A DNA stretch of 64,000 nucleotides from Thermomicrobiales bacterium. Its GTDB lineage: Bacteria > Chloroflexota > Chloroflexia > Thermomicrobiales > UBA6265. The notes under the pieces are model-generated. The model was given only the letters and a program-made list of their open reading frames with translations, searched no databases and was not told the DNA's origin. How positions within the stretch are numbered: the stretch's first letter is position 1; the number at the start of each line of letters is the position of its first letter. The stretch lies in the NCBI GenBank assembly GCA_020432165.1, contig JAGQGU010000041.1, forward strand, positions 40,115 through 104,114, given 5' to 3'. The position numbers were made by a program, and so were the translations under genes. Below, in pieces: positions 56,139 to 64,000 of the stretch.

Positions 56139-57231
56139 TTCACATACATCCGCCAGGGTTACCGGACGTACCGGCCCCTCCACCTCGCCGAAAGGTGGCA
56201 CAGCGATCCCCCTCTTGATTGCTGTGCTCCTTTTGGCCGCACTTCTGACCTCCATTGTTCTGGCGGTCGGATTGGGGCCTTCCAGCGCCGGACCAAATGA
56301 GGCTATCCGTATCCTCATCAATCGATTGACGCCATGGTCGCCGAGCATGGAAGAGATATCTCCGGGAACCCGCACTATCGTTTGGCAACTCCGAACACCT
56401 CGGGTACTCCTGGGGGCCATTACCGGTGCAGGTCTGGCCACGGTCGGTGTGGTGATTCAGGCGATTCTACGCAATCCTATTGCCGATCCATATATCATCG
56501 GCGTCAGTTCGGGCGCTGCCCTCGGGGCGGTATCGGTCATCGTTCTTGCTGGTGGTGCTTTAGGGTCATTTGGCACCGCGATTGGTGCCTTCGCCGGTGC
56601 CTGCATCGCATTCGCCACGGTCTTCATCTTCGCCTGGCGGGGAGGGTTGCTGAATCCTCTGCGCCTGGTTCTGGCTGGTGTCGCGATCGCAGCGATGCTT
56701 TCATCCTTTACCACCTTTGTCGTGCTCTACGGAGGTGATGACCGCATCCGCGGAGCGCTGCACTGGACGATGGGAAGCTTCACCGCTGCGCGCTGGCAAC
56801 ACGTCGCTATTTCCACACCGATCGTGCTGGTGGCGTTGGGTTGGTTCATGCTGCAGGGGCGAACCCTGAACGCTCTCGCCTATGGCGAAGAAACAGCGAT
56901 CACGCTGGGGATTCGCGTCAATCGGATCCGGCTCCTGGCCATCATCCTGTGTGCACTGGTGACCGGGGTGCTTGTCTCCATGAGTGGTCCCATCGGTTTC
57001 GTGGCGTTGATTCTGCCCCATATCACGCGACTGATCGTTGGTGGAGATCATCGGAAGGTATTGCCGATCGCGGCAATCACCGGTGCCTGTTTTGTCATCT
57101 GGGCCGATGTGGTGGCTCGTATGCTTATTCCGCCCACCGAACTACCGATTGGTGTCATCACCGCCGCTATCGGTGCTCCGATCTTTCTCATTCTGTTGCC
57201 TGCACGCACTCAATTGGGGAATACGCAATGA
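56128..57231 (+). CDS. FecCD family ABC transporter permease
   Basis: start ATG 56128 (11-nt overlap with SBP gene); LRTPRVLLGAITGAGLATVGV, NPIADPYIIGVSSGA, IGFVALILPH. Confidence 0.9.
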   Translation: MATNSHTSARVTGRTGPSTSPKGGTAIPLLIAVLLLAALLTSIVLAVGLGPSSAGPNEAIRILINRLTPWSPSMEEISPGTRTIVWQLRTPRVLLGAITGAGLATVGVVIQAILRNPIADPYIIGVSSGAALGAVSVIVLAGGALGSFGTAIGAFAGACIAFATVFIFAWRGGLLNPLRLVLAGVAIAAMLSSFTTFVVLYGGDDRIRGALHWTMGSFTAARWQHVAISTPIVLVALGWFMLQGRTLNALAYGEETAITLGIRVNRIRLLAIILCALVTGVLVSMSGPIGFVALILPHITRLIVGGDHRKVLPIAAITGACFVIWADVVARMLIPPTELPIGVITAAIGAPIFLILLPARTQLGNTQ

Positions 57232-58067
57232 CAATTGCCGCGCTCTCCGTCCGGAATCTCCAGTGGGCACCAGACAAACACCCGGTTCTCAATGGCCTCA
57301 GTTTCGATGTGGCCGAGGGTGAATGTCTGGGCATCCTCGGTTCCAATGGCAGTGGCAAAACGAGTATTCTGCGCTGCATCTATGGGGCGATTACACCGGA
57401 CTCAGGCATCATCTCGTTATTTGGCGACGATCTCAAAAGCTACTCATCGCCACAACGAGCCCGGGAAATCGCAGTGCTTCTCCAGGAGCATGGGCAAAGC
57501 TGGGATTTCACCGTCGAGGAAGTCGTTGAACTGGGTCGAACACCCCACAAGACCATGTTCTCCCGCACCAACGACAGCGACCGCCGTATCGTGCGGGAGA
57601 GCCTGGCCGCAGTGGATGCGTTGCCACTGGCATCGCGCTTGCTCAATTCACTCTCTGGTGGTGAGCGTCAGCGCGTCCTCCTGGCGCGTGTACTGGCTCA
57701 ACAGCCACGAATACTCCTGCTGGATGAGCCGACAAACCATCTGGATATCCGTTTTCAGTTAGAGCTACTCCAACATGTGAAGTCCCTCGGACGCACAACT
57801 ATCGCGGTACTCCACGACCTCAATCTGGCGGCGGCATTTTGTGATCGATTGCTCTTCCTCGATCAGGGAGTCGCGTTTGCTCACGGCCCCGCCGTCGAAG
57901 TACTCACACCCGAGAACATCGACCGCGCCTATCACCTGCAGGCGCACGTCATTCATGCGGATACCGGCCTGCTGGTGCAATATTGGCCAGCAACCTTTAC
58001 CAAGGAGAAAATCAGTGGATCGAACCTACTCTCAGGAAACCATGCTCCGTCTGGCGGAAGCGTATAG
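57228..58067 (+). CDS. ABC transporter ATP-binding protein (FepC/FecE-like)
   Basis: ATGA overlap with permease; Walker A GSNGSGKTS, signature LSGGERQR, Walker B ILLLDEP. Confidence 0.9.
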   Translation: MTIAALSVRNLQWAPDKHPVLNGLSFDVAEGECLGILGSNGSGKTSILRCIYGAITPDSGIISLFGDDLKSYSSPQRAREIAVLLQEHGQSWDFTVEEVVELGRTPHKTMFSRTNDSDRRIVRESLAAVDALPLASRLLNSLSGGERQRVLLARVLAQQPRILLLDEPTNHLDIRFQLELLQHVKSLGRTTIAVLHDLNLAAAFCDRLLFLDQGVAFAHGPAVEVLTPENIDRAYHLQAHVIHADTGLLVQYWPATFTKEKISGSNLLSGNHAPSGGSV

Positions 58068-58866
58068 CGAATCCATGATCCCGGCGCGTGCACAGGCCAT
58101 TCAGCGACTCACTCTCGAGTCCGGTGGGGTTGGTCTGGATGTTGGCTGCGGCGCGGGAGTCCCTCTCCTGCAACTTGCCCAGAGCATGGGAGAGGGGGCA
58201 CGTATTGTCGGGATCGATATCTCGACAAAGCAACTGGAGCTGGCTGCCGAGCGGATCGCCTCGGCTCCGCAAGGAGTAGAGATCGACCTGCTTGAGGCAG
58301 ACGCAACTGCTGAGCTGCCTTTTGCGAGCGATACGTTCGATTGGGTATGGAGTGAGAACGCCATCTGGGGAGGCATGATAGGCAAGCGGTATGAAACGAT
58401 CACCGAGTTGCAGCGGGTACTAAAGCCCGGAGGAATACTGGCGTTCTTCTACGGCAATATGTATCGCGCCATGATGCTCCCCGGATTACCGCAACTGGAG
58501 CATAAGCTCTATCGCGCCGATTCGGTGCGCTGGTTCGGTGGTGAACCCCTTGATCCGAACCGTTCCCATGAGAATGCGGGATATTGGTTCCGCGAAGCTG
58601 GCCTGAAGGATATACACGTCAGCACACACCTCGCGGAGTACACACAACCGCTACCAGATTGCGTTCGGGATCACCTTCAGCTGGTCTGGGCCAACAATTT
58701 CGGCGATGAGCTTGAATCATTCGCTCTCGACGCCGGTGTAACACCCGACCAATGGCTCCTCTGGAAATACATGACGACACCGGGAACAAAGCAATACCTG
58801 CTCGACCAACCAGATTTTCGAGTCATGAGAACCGCCACGCTTACCACCGGCGTCAAACCGCGGTGA
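58015..58866 (+). CDS. class I SAM-dependent methyltransferase
   Basis: GTG 58015 after AAGGAG (alternative ATG 58042); motif I LDVGCGAGV; overlaps the ATPase 3' end. Confidence 0.75.
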   Translation: MDRTYSQETMLRLAEAYSESMIPARAQAIQRLTLESGGVGLDVGCGAGVPLLQLAQSMGEGARIVGIDISTKQLELAAERIASAPQGVEIDLLEADATAELPFASDTFDWVWSENAIWGGMIGKRYETITELQRVLKPGGILAFFYGNMYRAMMLPGLPQLEHKLYRADSVRWFGGEPLDPNRSHENAGYWFREAGLKDIHVSTHLAEYTQPLPDCVRDHLQLVWANNFGDELESFALDAGVTPDQWLLWKYMTTPGTKQYLLDQPDFRVMRTATLTTGVKPR

Positions 58867-58958
58867 GTGAGCTCACTACTGAACGTGGTGATCGTGATCA
58901 CACCGCAATATTCCGGGTGACTCCACCTTCGACGCATCCCTCTCGTCTTTCCCGCCCC

Positions 58959-59014
58959 TTGACGTATATTTTAGCCTAGACTAAATTGTCGATATGAGAC
59001 TTAGCTATGGCTAA
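58959..59014 (+). promoter_or_regulatory. putative promoter (TTGACG-17-TAAATT) with two DtxR/MntR-like palindromes
   Basis: box 1 TTTAGCCTAGACTAAA 58970-58985 overlaps the spacer and -10; box 2 TTAGCTATGGCTAA 59001-59014. Confidence 0.45.
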
Positions 59015-59025
59015 ATCATCGATTC

Positions 59026-60000
59026 ATGAATGGCTGGAAAATGTCGGCAACAACATCGCGGAGAAACTTCATCGGGCTGGGGGTCACCGTCATCGCTGCG
59101 GGCGGGTTGAGTATCTGGCAAACCCAGAAACCGCACGCCCGCGCCGATGAGCGTCCCATTGTTACCTGCACAGTCGGCATGATTACGGATGTCGCGAAAA
59201 ACATCGGCGGCGATGCCTTCTATATCGATGGTCTGATGGGACCAGGAGTTGATCCCCATCTCTACAAGCCAAGCGCGGGAGATATCGTGCGCCTGGGGGA
59301 TGCGAATCTGGTGCTCTACGGCGGACTCCATCTGGAGGGACGCATGGTGGAGACATTGGAGAGCATCCACAACAATGGCACAACCGTCACCATTCCGGTC
59401 AGCGAGTCCATTCCGGTGGAGCAACGATTGATGGTGGGTGCCGACGCCTGGGATCCGCATGTCTGGTTCGATGTCTCGCTCTGGAACATCGTCGCGGGGA
59501 GAATCGCCGAAGGACTCCGGGAAACATCGCCAGAGGAAGAGGGTGCGATTACCGAGCGAGAGAACATCTACCGCCAAAAGTTGGTCGATCTCGACGATTG
59601 GGTGATGGAGACGCTTGCCACTGTGCCGGATGAAATCCGGGTGCTGGTGACCGCGCACGATGCGTTCAACTATTTCGGTCGTCGCTACGACGTCGAGGTG
59701 GTTGGTCTCCAGGGCCTCAGCACTGCCACCGAAGCGGGGGCGGGCGACGTGCAGGATCTGGCGCAGTTACTGGCCGACCGTAAGATTCCGGCAATCTTCG
59801 TGGAATCATCCATTCCACCTTCCACCATCGAAGCAGTTCAAGCCGCCACCAAAGCACGGGGGTGGGATGTGAAGATCGGTGGGCAGCTCTATTCGGATGC
59901 TATGGGCGAGGCAGGTACACCGGATGGCACCTACATCGGCATGATTCGCCACAATGTCACCACGATTACCGAGGCCCTGCTGGGCGAGAACGCATACTAA
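59026..60000 (+). CDS. metal (Mn/Zn-type) ABC transporter substrate-binding protein, Tat-type signal
   Basis: 324 aa; SRRNFIGLG twin-arginine signal; cluster A-I blocks DPHLYKPS, DPHVWFD, LVTAHDAFNYF, IFVESS. Confidence 0.9.
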   Translation: MNGWKMSATTSRRNFIGLGVTVIAAGGLSIWQTQKPHARADERPIVTCTVGMITDVAKNIGGDAFYIDGLMGPGVDPHLYKPSAGDIVRLGDANLVLYGGLHLEGRMVETLESIHNNGTTVTIPVSESIPVEQRLMVGADAWDPHVWFDVSLWNIVAGRIAEGLRETSPEEEGAITERENIYRQKLVDLDDWVMETLATVPDEIRVLVTAHDAFNYFGRRYDVEVVGLQGLSTATEAGAGDVQDLAQLLADRKIPAIFVESSIPPSTIEAVQAATKARGWDVKIGGQLYSDAMGEAGTPDGTYIGMIRHNVTTITEALLGENAY

Positions 60001-60011
60001 AGGAAGCTGGC

Positions 60012-60782
60012 ATGGGAACAAAGATGCAACATCCAATCGATGAACGCGCAGCGGTAACGGTGCACGATCTCACCGTGGCCTACCGCGAGGATCCGGTGTT
60101 GTGGGATATCGATCTCAGTATTCCCACGGGTTCGCTCACGGCCATCATCGGTCCAAACGGAGCTGGCAAGAGCACATTAATGAAAGCGATCCTGGGCCTT
60201 GTTCCTCCGGCTGCAGGCACGGTGGAGATTTTCGGCCACACCAGCGAGCGGCAACGACGTCTGGTGGGATATGTCCCCCAACGAGGATCTGTCGATTGGC
60301 AATTCCCCACAAACGCGCTGGATGTCGTCACCATGGGAACCTATGGCCAGTTGGGCTGGATCAGACGACCCGGTAAAGCCGAGAAACAGCGGGCATTGGC
60401 GGCACTTGATCAGATGGGGATGGCGGACTTCGCCGATCGGCAGATCAGTCAGCTCAGCGGAGGTCAGCAACAACGGGTCTTTCTGGCACGGGCACTGGTG
60501 CAGGATGCCCAGCTCTATTTCATGGATGAACCGTTTGTGGGGGTGGATGCCCGTACCGAAGCCGCGATCATCGAACTGCTCAAGAGTCTGCGTGACCATG
60601 GCAAAACCGTTGTAGTGGTCCATCACGATCTGGACAGCGCACCAAATTACTTTGATCACGTCGTGCTTCTGAATGTGCAGAAGATCGCCAGCGGACCGAT
60701 GGCCGAAACCTTTACCACCGAGAATATCGAACGAACCTATGGTCCGAGCAAGTCCGCGCGGACAAAGGTCGCCGCCTCATGA
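60012..60782 (+). CDS. metal ABC transporter ATP-binding protein
   Basis: Walker A GPNGAGKST, signature LSGGQQQR, Walker B LYFMDEP. Confidence 0.9.
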   Translation: MGTKMQHPIDERAAVTVHDLTVAYREDPVLWDIDLSIPTGSLTAIIGPNGAGKSTLMKAILGLVPPAAGTVEIFGHTSERQRRLVGYVPQRGSVDWQFPTNALDVVTMGTYGQLGWIRRPGKAEKQRALAALDQMGMADFADRQISQLSGGQQQRVFLARALVQDAQLYFMDEPFVGVDARTEAAIIELLKSLRDHGKTVVVVHHDLDSAPNYFDHVVLLNVQKIASGPMAETFTTENIERTYGPSKSARTKVAAS

Positions 60783-61699
60783 GCACGCTGCATGATCTCA
60801 TCTTCGATTACACGCTCCGCAATGTCGCACTTGGCGGCATGCTCCTCGGTATTGTCGCGGGAGTGCTCGGCGCCTTCGCCGTCCTGCGGCAGCAGGCATT
60901 GCTGGGAGATTCACTCAGTCACGCCGCCCTCCCCGGCATCTGCATTGCGTTCATGATCACAGGGAGTCGCGAGAGCCTGGTGCTATTGATCGGTGCCGGA
61001 ATCGCAGGCTGGATCGGTACGTGGATTCTGCTGCGCACCGTCAATGCCACCAAACTCAGCGAAGACACCATGCTCGGTGTTGTTCTGAGTGTCTTTTTCG
61101 GCGTCGGTATCCTGCTCCTCACCTATATTCAACAAACCAACAATGCCAACCAGGCGGGACTGGACAAGTATCTCTTCGGGCAGGCCGCCTCGCTGATCGC
61201 GCGGGATGTCTGGACCTTCGCTATCCTGGGTACGGCGTCACTCGCGATCGTTGTGCTCTTCTACAAGGAGTTCAAACTGCTCAGCTTCGATCCCGAATTT
61301 CTGGCCAGTCTCGGCCTGCCGCAACGCCGACTCGATCTTGCGCTGACCAGTTTGCTGGTCGTGGCTGTCATGATCGGCCTGCAGACGGTCGGCGTGGTCC
61401 TGATGGCGGCTATGGTCATTGGCCCCGGTACGGCTGCCCGCCAATGGACCGATAATCTGCGCACGATGCTGATGCTCAGTGGACTCTTTGGTGGACTCGC
61501 CGGTCTGATCGGTGCGGTTATTAGCGTGCAGGCAAGCCACTTGCCGACCGGTCCCTCGATCATCCTGACATTGACGATCATAGTGGTCGCCTCGATTCTC
61601 TTCGCTCCCCGGCATGGGATTGTAGCGGAGTGGTGGCGGAACCGCGCCCGAAGAGCTGCCTTTCAGGCGGCGCTGGAAAGTGGGGAGCGCCCGTCATGA
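60779..61699 (+). CDS. metal ABC transporter permease (ABC-3 family)
   Basis: ATGA overlaps at both ends; 306 aa, ~8-9 TM helices; GDSLSHAALPG motif. Confidence 0.9.
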   Translation: MSTLHDLIFDYTLRNVALGGMLLGIVAGVLGAFAVLRQQALLGDSLSHAALPGICIAFMITGSRESLVLLIGAGIAGWIGTWILLRTVNATKLSEDTMLGVVLSVFFGVGILLLTYIQQTNNANQAGLDKYLFGQAASLIARDVWTFAILGTASLAIVVLFYKEFKLLSFDPEFLASLGLPQRRLDLALTSLLVVAVMIGLQTVGVVLMAAMVIGPGTAARQWTDNLRTMLMLSGLFGGLAGLIGAVISVQASHLPTGPSIILTLTIIVVASILFAPRHGIVAEWWRNRARRAAFQAALESGERPS

Positions 61700-62820
61700 C
61701 CAGTGGCACTGTCATTCTTCTCACCGGCATCCTCTGCGCGATGGCGTGCGCCCTGCCTGGCACCTTTCTGATTCTGCGTCGTATGGCCATGATGACCGAT
61801 GCAATCAGTCACGCGATTTTGCCCGGACTCGTCTTCGGTTACTGGTTGGCGAATAGCCCTAATCTGTTGGTAGGCGCTGTTGGCGCGACTGGTGCTGCGA
61901 TCCTGACAGTTTCGCTGGTAGAAGCACTGCAGCGCACACGTCGGGTGGGTGGCTCGGAAGCGATGGGAATCGTCTTCCCGGCAATGTTTGCGCTCGGAAC
62001 AATCCTGATCTCGCGCTATTTCAGCAATGTCCACCTCGATACCGATGCAATTCTCTATGGCAACATCGAGTTCAGCGCGTTCGAGCGGCTGGTTATTGGG
62101 GGCGACGATCTTGGTCCACAATCGCTCTGGGTCATGAGTATTCTGCTGATCGTCAATATCGGGGTGCTCACCCTGCTCTATAAGGAACTGAAAATCAGCA
62201 CCTTCGATCCGGCGTTGACACAATCACTCGGTTTCAATCCGATCCTCATCCACTACCTGCTGATGCTATTGCTCAGCATCACCACCGTCGGCGCGTTCAC
62301 CGCGGTAGGGGCGATTCTGGTGGTTGCACTCGTCATCGTGCCAGCGGCAACGGCCTATTTGCTCACCGATCGTCTGATCGAGATGATGGTTGGCAGCGCC
62401 ATCATCGGTGCACTGGCTGCAATTGGCGGTTACTGGCTGGCGATGTGGATCGATGGCTCGATCGCGGGCGGTATCGTCACCATGGCCGGTCTCTTCTTCG
62501 CTCTGGCACTCCTCTTCTCCCCACAACAGGGATTGGTGGCGCAGCGTCGGCAGGCGCATCTTAACCGGCAACGATTCGCACTCGATATGCTCGTAATGCA
62601 TCTCTATACGCACGAACGCACTGCCGATGAGTACAGCGAAAGCAGCCTCGGTCATATCGGTGCCGCGTTGCACTGGAATCCGGATCAGGCAATGCGCACT
62701 ATCGGCCGGGCGGTTGATCGCGGTATGGTGGTACGAGCAAATGGCAACGTCGTGCTGACGGAGCAGGGTCGACACTACGTGCAGCGACTCTCGGTGATGG
62801 ACAGGGTACGAAGCGAATGA
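61696..62820 (+). CDS. metal ABC transporter permease (ABC-3) fused to a C-terminal DtxR-like winged-helix domain
   Basis: 374 aa from ATG 61696; TDAISHAILPG motif; ~90-aa soluble C-terminal extension (from ~62545) patterned like the DtxR N-terminal wHTH. Confidence 0.8.
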   Translation: MTSGTVILLTGILCAMACALPGTFLILRRMAMMTDAISHAILPGLVFGYWLANSPNLLVGAVGATGAAILTVSLVEALQRTRRVGGSEAMGIVFPAMFALGTILISRYFSNVHLDTDAILYGNIEFSAFERLVIGGDDLGPQSLWVMSILLIVNIGVLTLLYKELKISTFDPALTQSLGFNPILIHYLLMLLLSITTVGAFTAVGAILVVALVIVPAATAYLLTDRLIEMMVGSAIIGALAAIGGYWLAMWIDGSIAGGIVTMAGLFFALALLFSPQQGLVAQRRQAHLNRQRFALDMLVMHLYTHERTADEYSESSLGHIGAALHWNPDQAMRTIGRAVDRGMVVRANGNVVLTEQGRHYVQRLSVMDRVRSE

Positions 62821-63284
62821 GCGAGAAGAATCATACCTATCAGGTGAATGTCATTTGGACGGGCAATACCGGCACTGGTACAGCCTCGCCAGCGGCCTAC
62901 TCCCGTAGCCATGAAATCAGCGCCGAGGGGAAGCCGACGATTGTCGGCTCCTCCGATCCCGCCTTTCGCGGGGATCCTGCGCGTTGGAACCCGGAAGAGT
63001 TCCTGGTGGTCGCGCTAAGCCAATGCCATATGCTCTGGTATCTCGGCCTCTGCGCGAAGCATGGCATTGTCGTCACTGCGTATGAGGATGCCGCCAGCGG
63101 TATCATGCAGGAGCATCGTGATGGCAGCGGCGAGTTTACCGAAGTGGTCCTGCATCCGCGGATTACGCTAGCGGATATCTCCCGTCGTGAGGAAGCCGAT
63201 GCTCTCCATGAGGAGGCGCACCATATGTGCTTCATCGCACGCTCGGTGAACTTCCCGGTGGCGGTGGAAGCCGACTATCAATAA
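62817..63284 (+). CDS. OsmC/Ohr family protein
   Basis: ATGA overlap with permease; 155 aa; paired Cys context LSQCHM ... AHHMCFIARS. Confidence 0.85.
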   Translation: MSEKNHTYQVNVIWTGNTGTGTASPAAYSRSHEISAEGKPTIVGSSDPAFRGDPARWNPEEFLVVALSQCHMLWYLGLCAKHGIVVTAYEDAASGIMQEHRDGSGEFTEVVLHPRITLADISRREEADALHEEAHHMCFIARSVNFPVAVEADYQ

Positions 63285-63655
63285 CAAGGAATACCGTATA
63301 TACTGTAGCTGGTGGTGGCCATTGTGGTTAACCCCATTACTGGGGCGACCATGAAGGCACCTGTACCGAGAAAATGGATAGCGGTGCTGCAGCGACGGGG
63401 TAGACTCGGGCCTCGCAGCAGCGAAGCTGCGCGAGTTGCCCGGGTTCCAGTACTCGATGGGCGTCAATTCCGCCACCTACGCCGGAATTCTGCGCAGGAC
63501 GGCTACTTGAACCCGCCCAACTCGCCGCGACGTACCGTCGCTTGCGAGGAGCGGGTCTACCATCCGCCGCGAGACCTCCTTGAGGAGTCTTTTCTCGGAA
63601 CGAATGGCGTCAAGGTCGCCACTACCGTTGATATGCAACCTATCTATGGAGGTCA

Positions 63656-63874
63656 ATGATGGTCACCCAGCAGCTACGTAAAGTCGGTAATAGTTACGTT
63701 ATCACCGTCCCCAAGGCAGAGGTCGAACGACTCGGCGCCAAAGAAGGAGACTTTATCGCGTCCGATCACACATTGCTCGAAATGAAACCAGTGCTCAATG
63801 CTGAGCTCCAGGCGTTCAACGATCGCAATCGAGAGACGCTCACTTTGATGATGAAGTACCTGAAGGATAAGTAG
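63656..63874 (+). CDS. AbrB/MazE/SpoVT-type antitoxin
   Basis: 72 aa; swapped-hairpin block LRKVGNSYVITVPKAEVERLG. Confidence 0.75.
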   Translation: MMVTQQLRKVGNSYVITVPKAEVERLGAKEGDFIASDHTLLEMKPVLNAELQAFNDRNRETLTLMMKYLKDK

Positions 63875-63876
63875 CA

Positions 63877-64000
63877 GTGGAGCAACTCAGATTCCTGACA
63901 GTGATGGACATCGTTGCTCTCCACGAAGCTGCTATGGAGATGTCTGACCAACCCGCGACCGCACTTGTAAGGCCAGAATCGCTGGAGAGTGCAGTCGCAC
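63877..64000 (+). CDS. Doc (death-on-curing)/Fic family toxin, 3'-truncated by window edge
   Basis: my translation from GTG 63877, 2 nt after the antitoxin stop: VEQLRFLTVMDIVALHEAAMEMSDQPATALVRPESLESAVA, matching the Doc N-terminal pattern (L..D...IH......G.......L.SA). Confidence 0.6.
   Translation, partial: MEQLRFLTVMDIVALHEAAMEMSDQPATALVRPESLESAVA

Noticed and set aside
55963-57227. N-terminal extensions of the ORF-track entries 55963-57231 and 56841-58067. The same issue applies to 19082-20719, 35422-36621, 44427-45812, 46204-46806, 25272-25895 and 17334-18434.
   Set aside because: The extensions overlap the preceding genes in another frame and translate to noise-like sequence. Internal starts with GGAGG-type sites or ATGA/GTGA coupling give proteins of the expected family length.
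63312-63659. 115-aa ORF ending in an ATGA overlap with the antitoxin start
   Set aside because: It is Arg/Pro-rich (RRGRLGPRSSEAARVARV...), with no RBS and no recognisable fold. The overlap alone is not enough evidence.

Overview
About 60 closely packed protein-coding genes from a moderately high-GC bacterium. I recognised no rRNA, tRNA or CRISPR array by eye. The gene content suggests a monoderm Terrabacteria lineage such as Chloroflexota or Actinomycetota; this is inference only. It rests on LLM/F420-type oxidoreductases, a DarA-type c-di-AMP receptor, YmdB, LPXTG-type sorting signals, GGAGG ribosome-binding sites and many 1-4 nt start/stop overlaps.

Layout:
(1) 0-12.3 kb, mixed metabolism and transport: M20 peptidase, ThuA, cupin, two LLM oxidoreductases, AI-2E transporter, a small NUDIX operon, MFS, PLP dehydratase, and a divergent gudD/kdgD glucarate pair.
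(2) 12.3-13.1 kb: a REP-associated tyrosine transposase (RAYT). It is flanked by inverted GTAG-headed REP hairpins whose inner parts are each tandemly amplified 4x.
(3) 13.1-25.8 kb, histidine utilisation: hutU lies apart, and hutI-hutH appear co-transcribed with an Asp/Glu-type racemase and a MauE-thioredoxin fusion. The block also holds MFS, YmdB-like, FUSC-like, Gfo/Idh/MocA and GNAT genes.
(4) 25.9-44.2 kb, a cell-surface island. Two tandem paralogous LPNTG proteins (1078 and 906 aa) have diverged N-terminal halves and near-identical C-terminal stalks, which include an unrecognised 86-aa Cys-bracketed repeat. The island also carries an SH3b-NlpC/P60 hydrolase behind a ~600-bp AT-rich leader, an amidohydrolase, a secreted protein, a Zn-metallopeptidase and Tag. 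It ends with a 2169-aa protein of ~19 SpaA/Cna-B-like modules and an atypical PPNTG signal. No sortase gene was recognised in the window.
(5) 44.4-51 kb, housekeeping run: aroA-darA-ruvX-(membrane protein)-alaS.
(6) 51-64 kb, redox and transport: Gpx, TetR plus a DHA2 MFS, an alpha/beta hydrolase, and a Fe-siderophore-type ABC operon with a Fur-like box and an appended methyltransferase. A Mn/Zn-type ABC operon has DtxR/MntR-like boxes; its second permease carries a C-terminal DtxR-like winged helix and is coupled to OsmC. An AbrB-type antitoxin/Doc pair is cut by the right edge.

Most interesting: the RAYT/REP system (symmetric tandem amplification plus dispersed GTAG-headed hairpins) and the surface-protein island. 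All family calls come from reading the translations; no database search was run.
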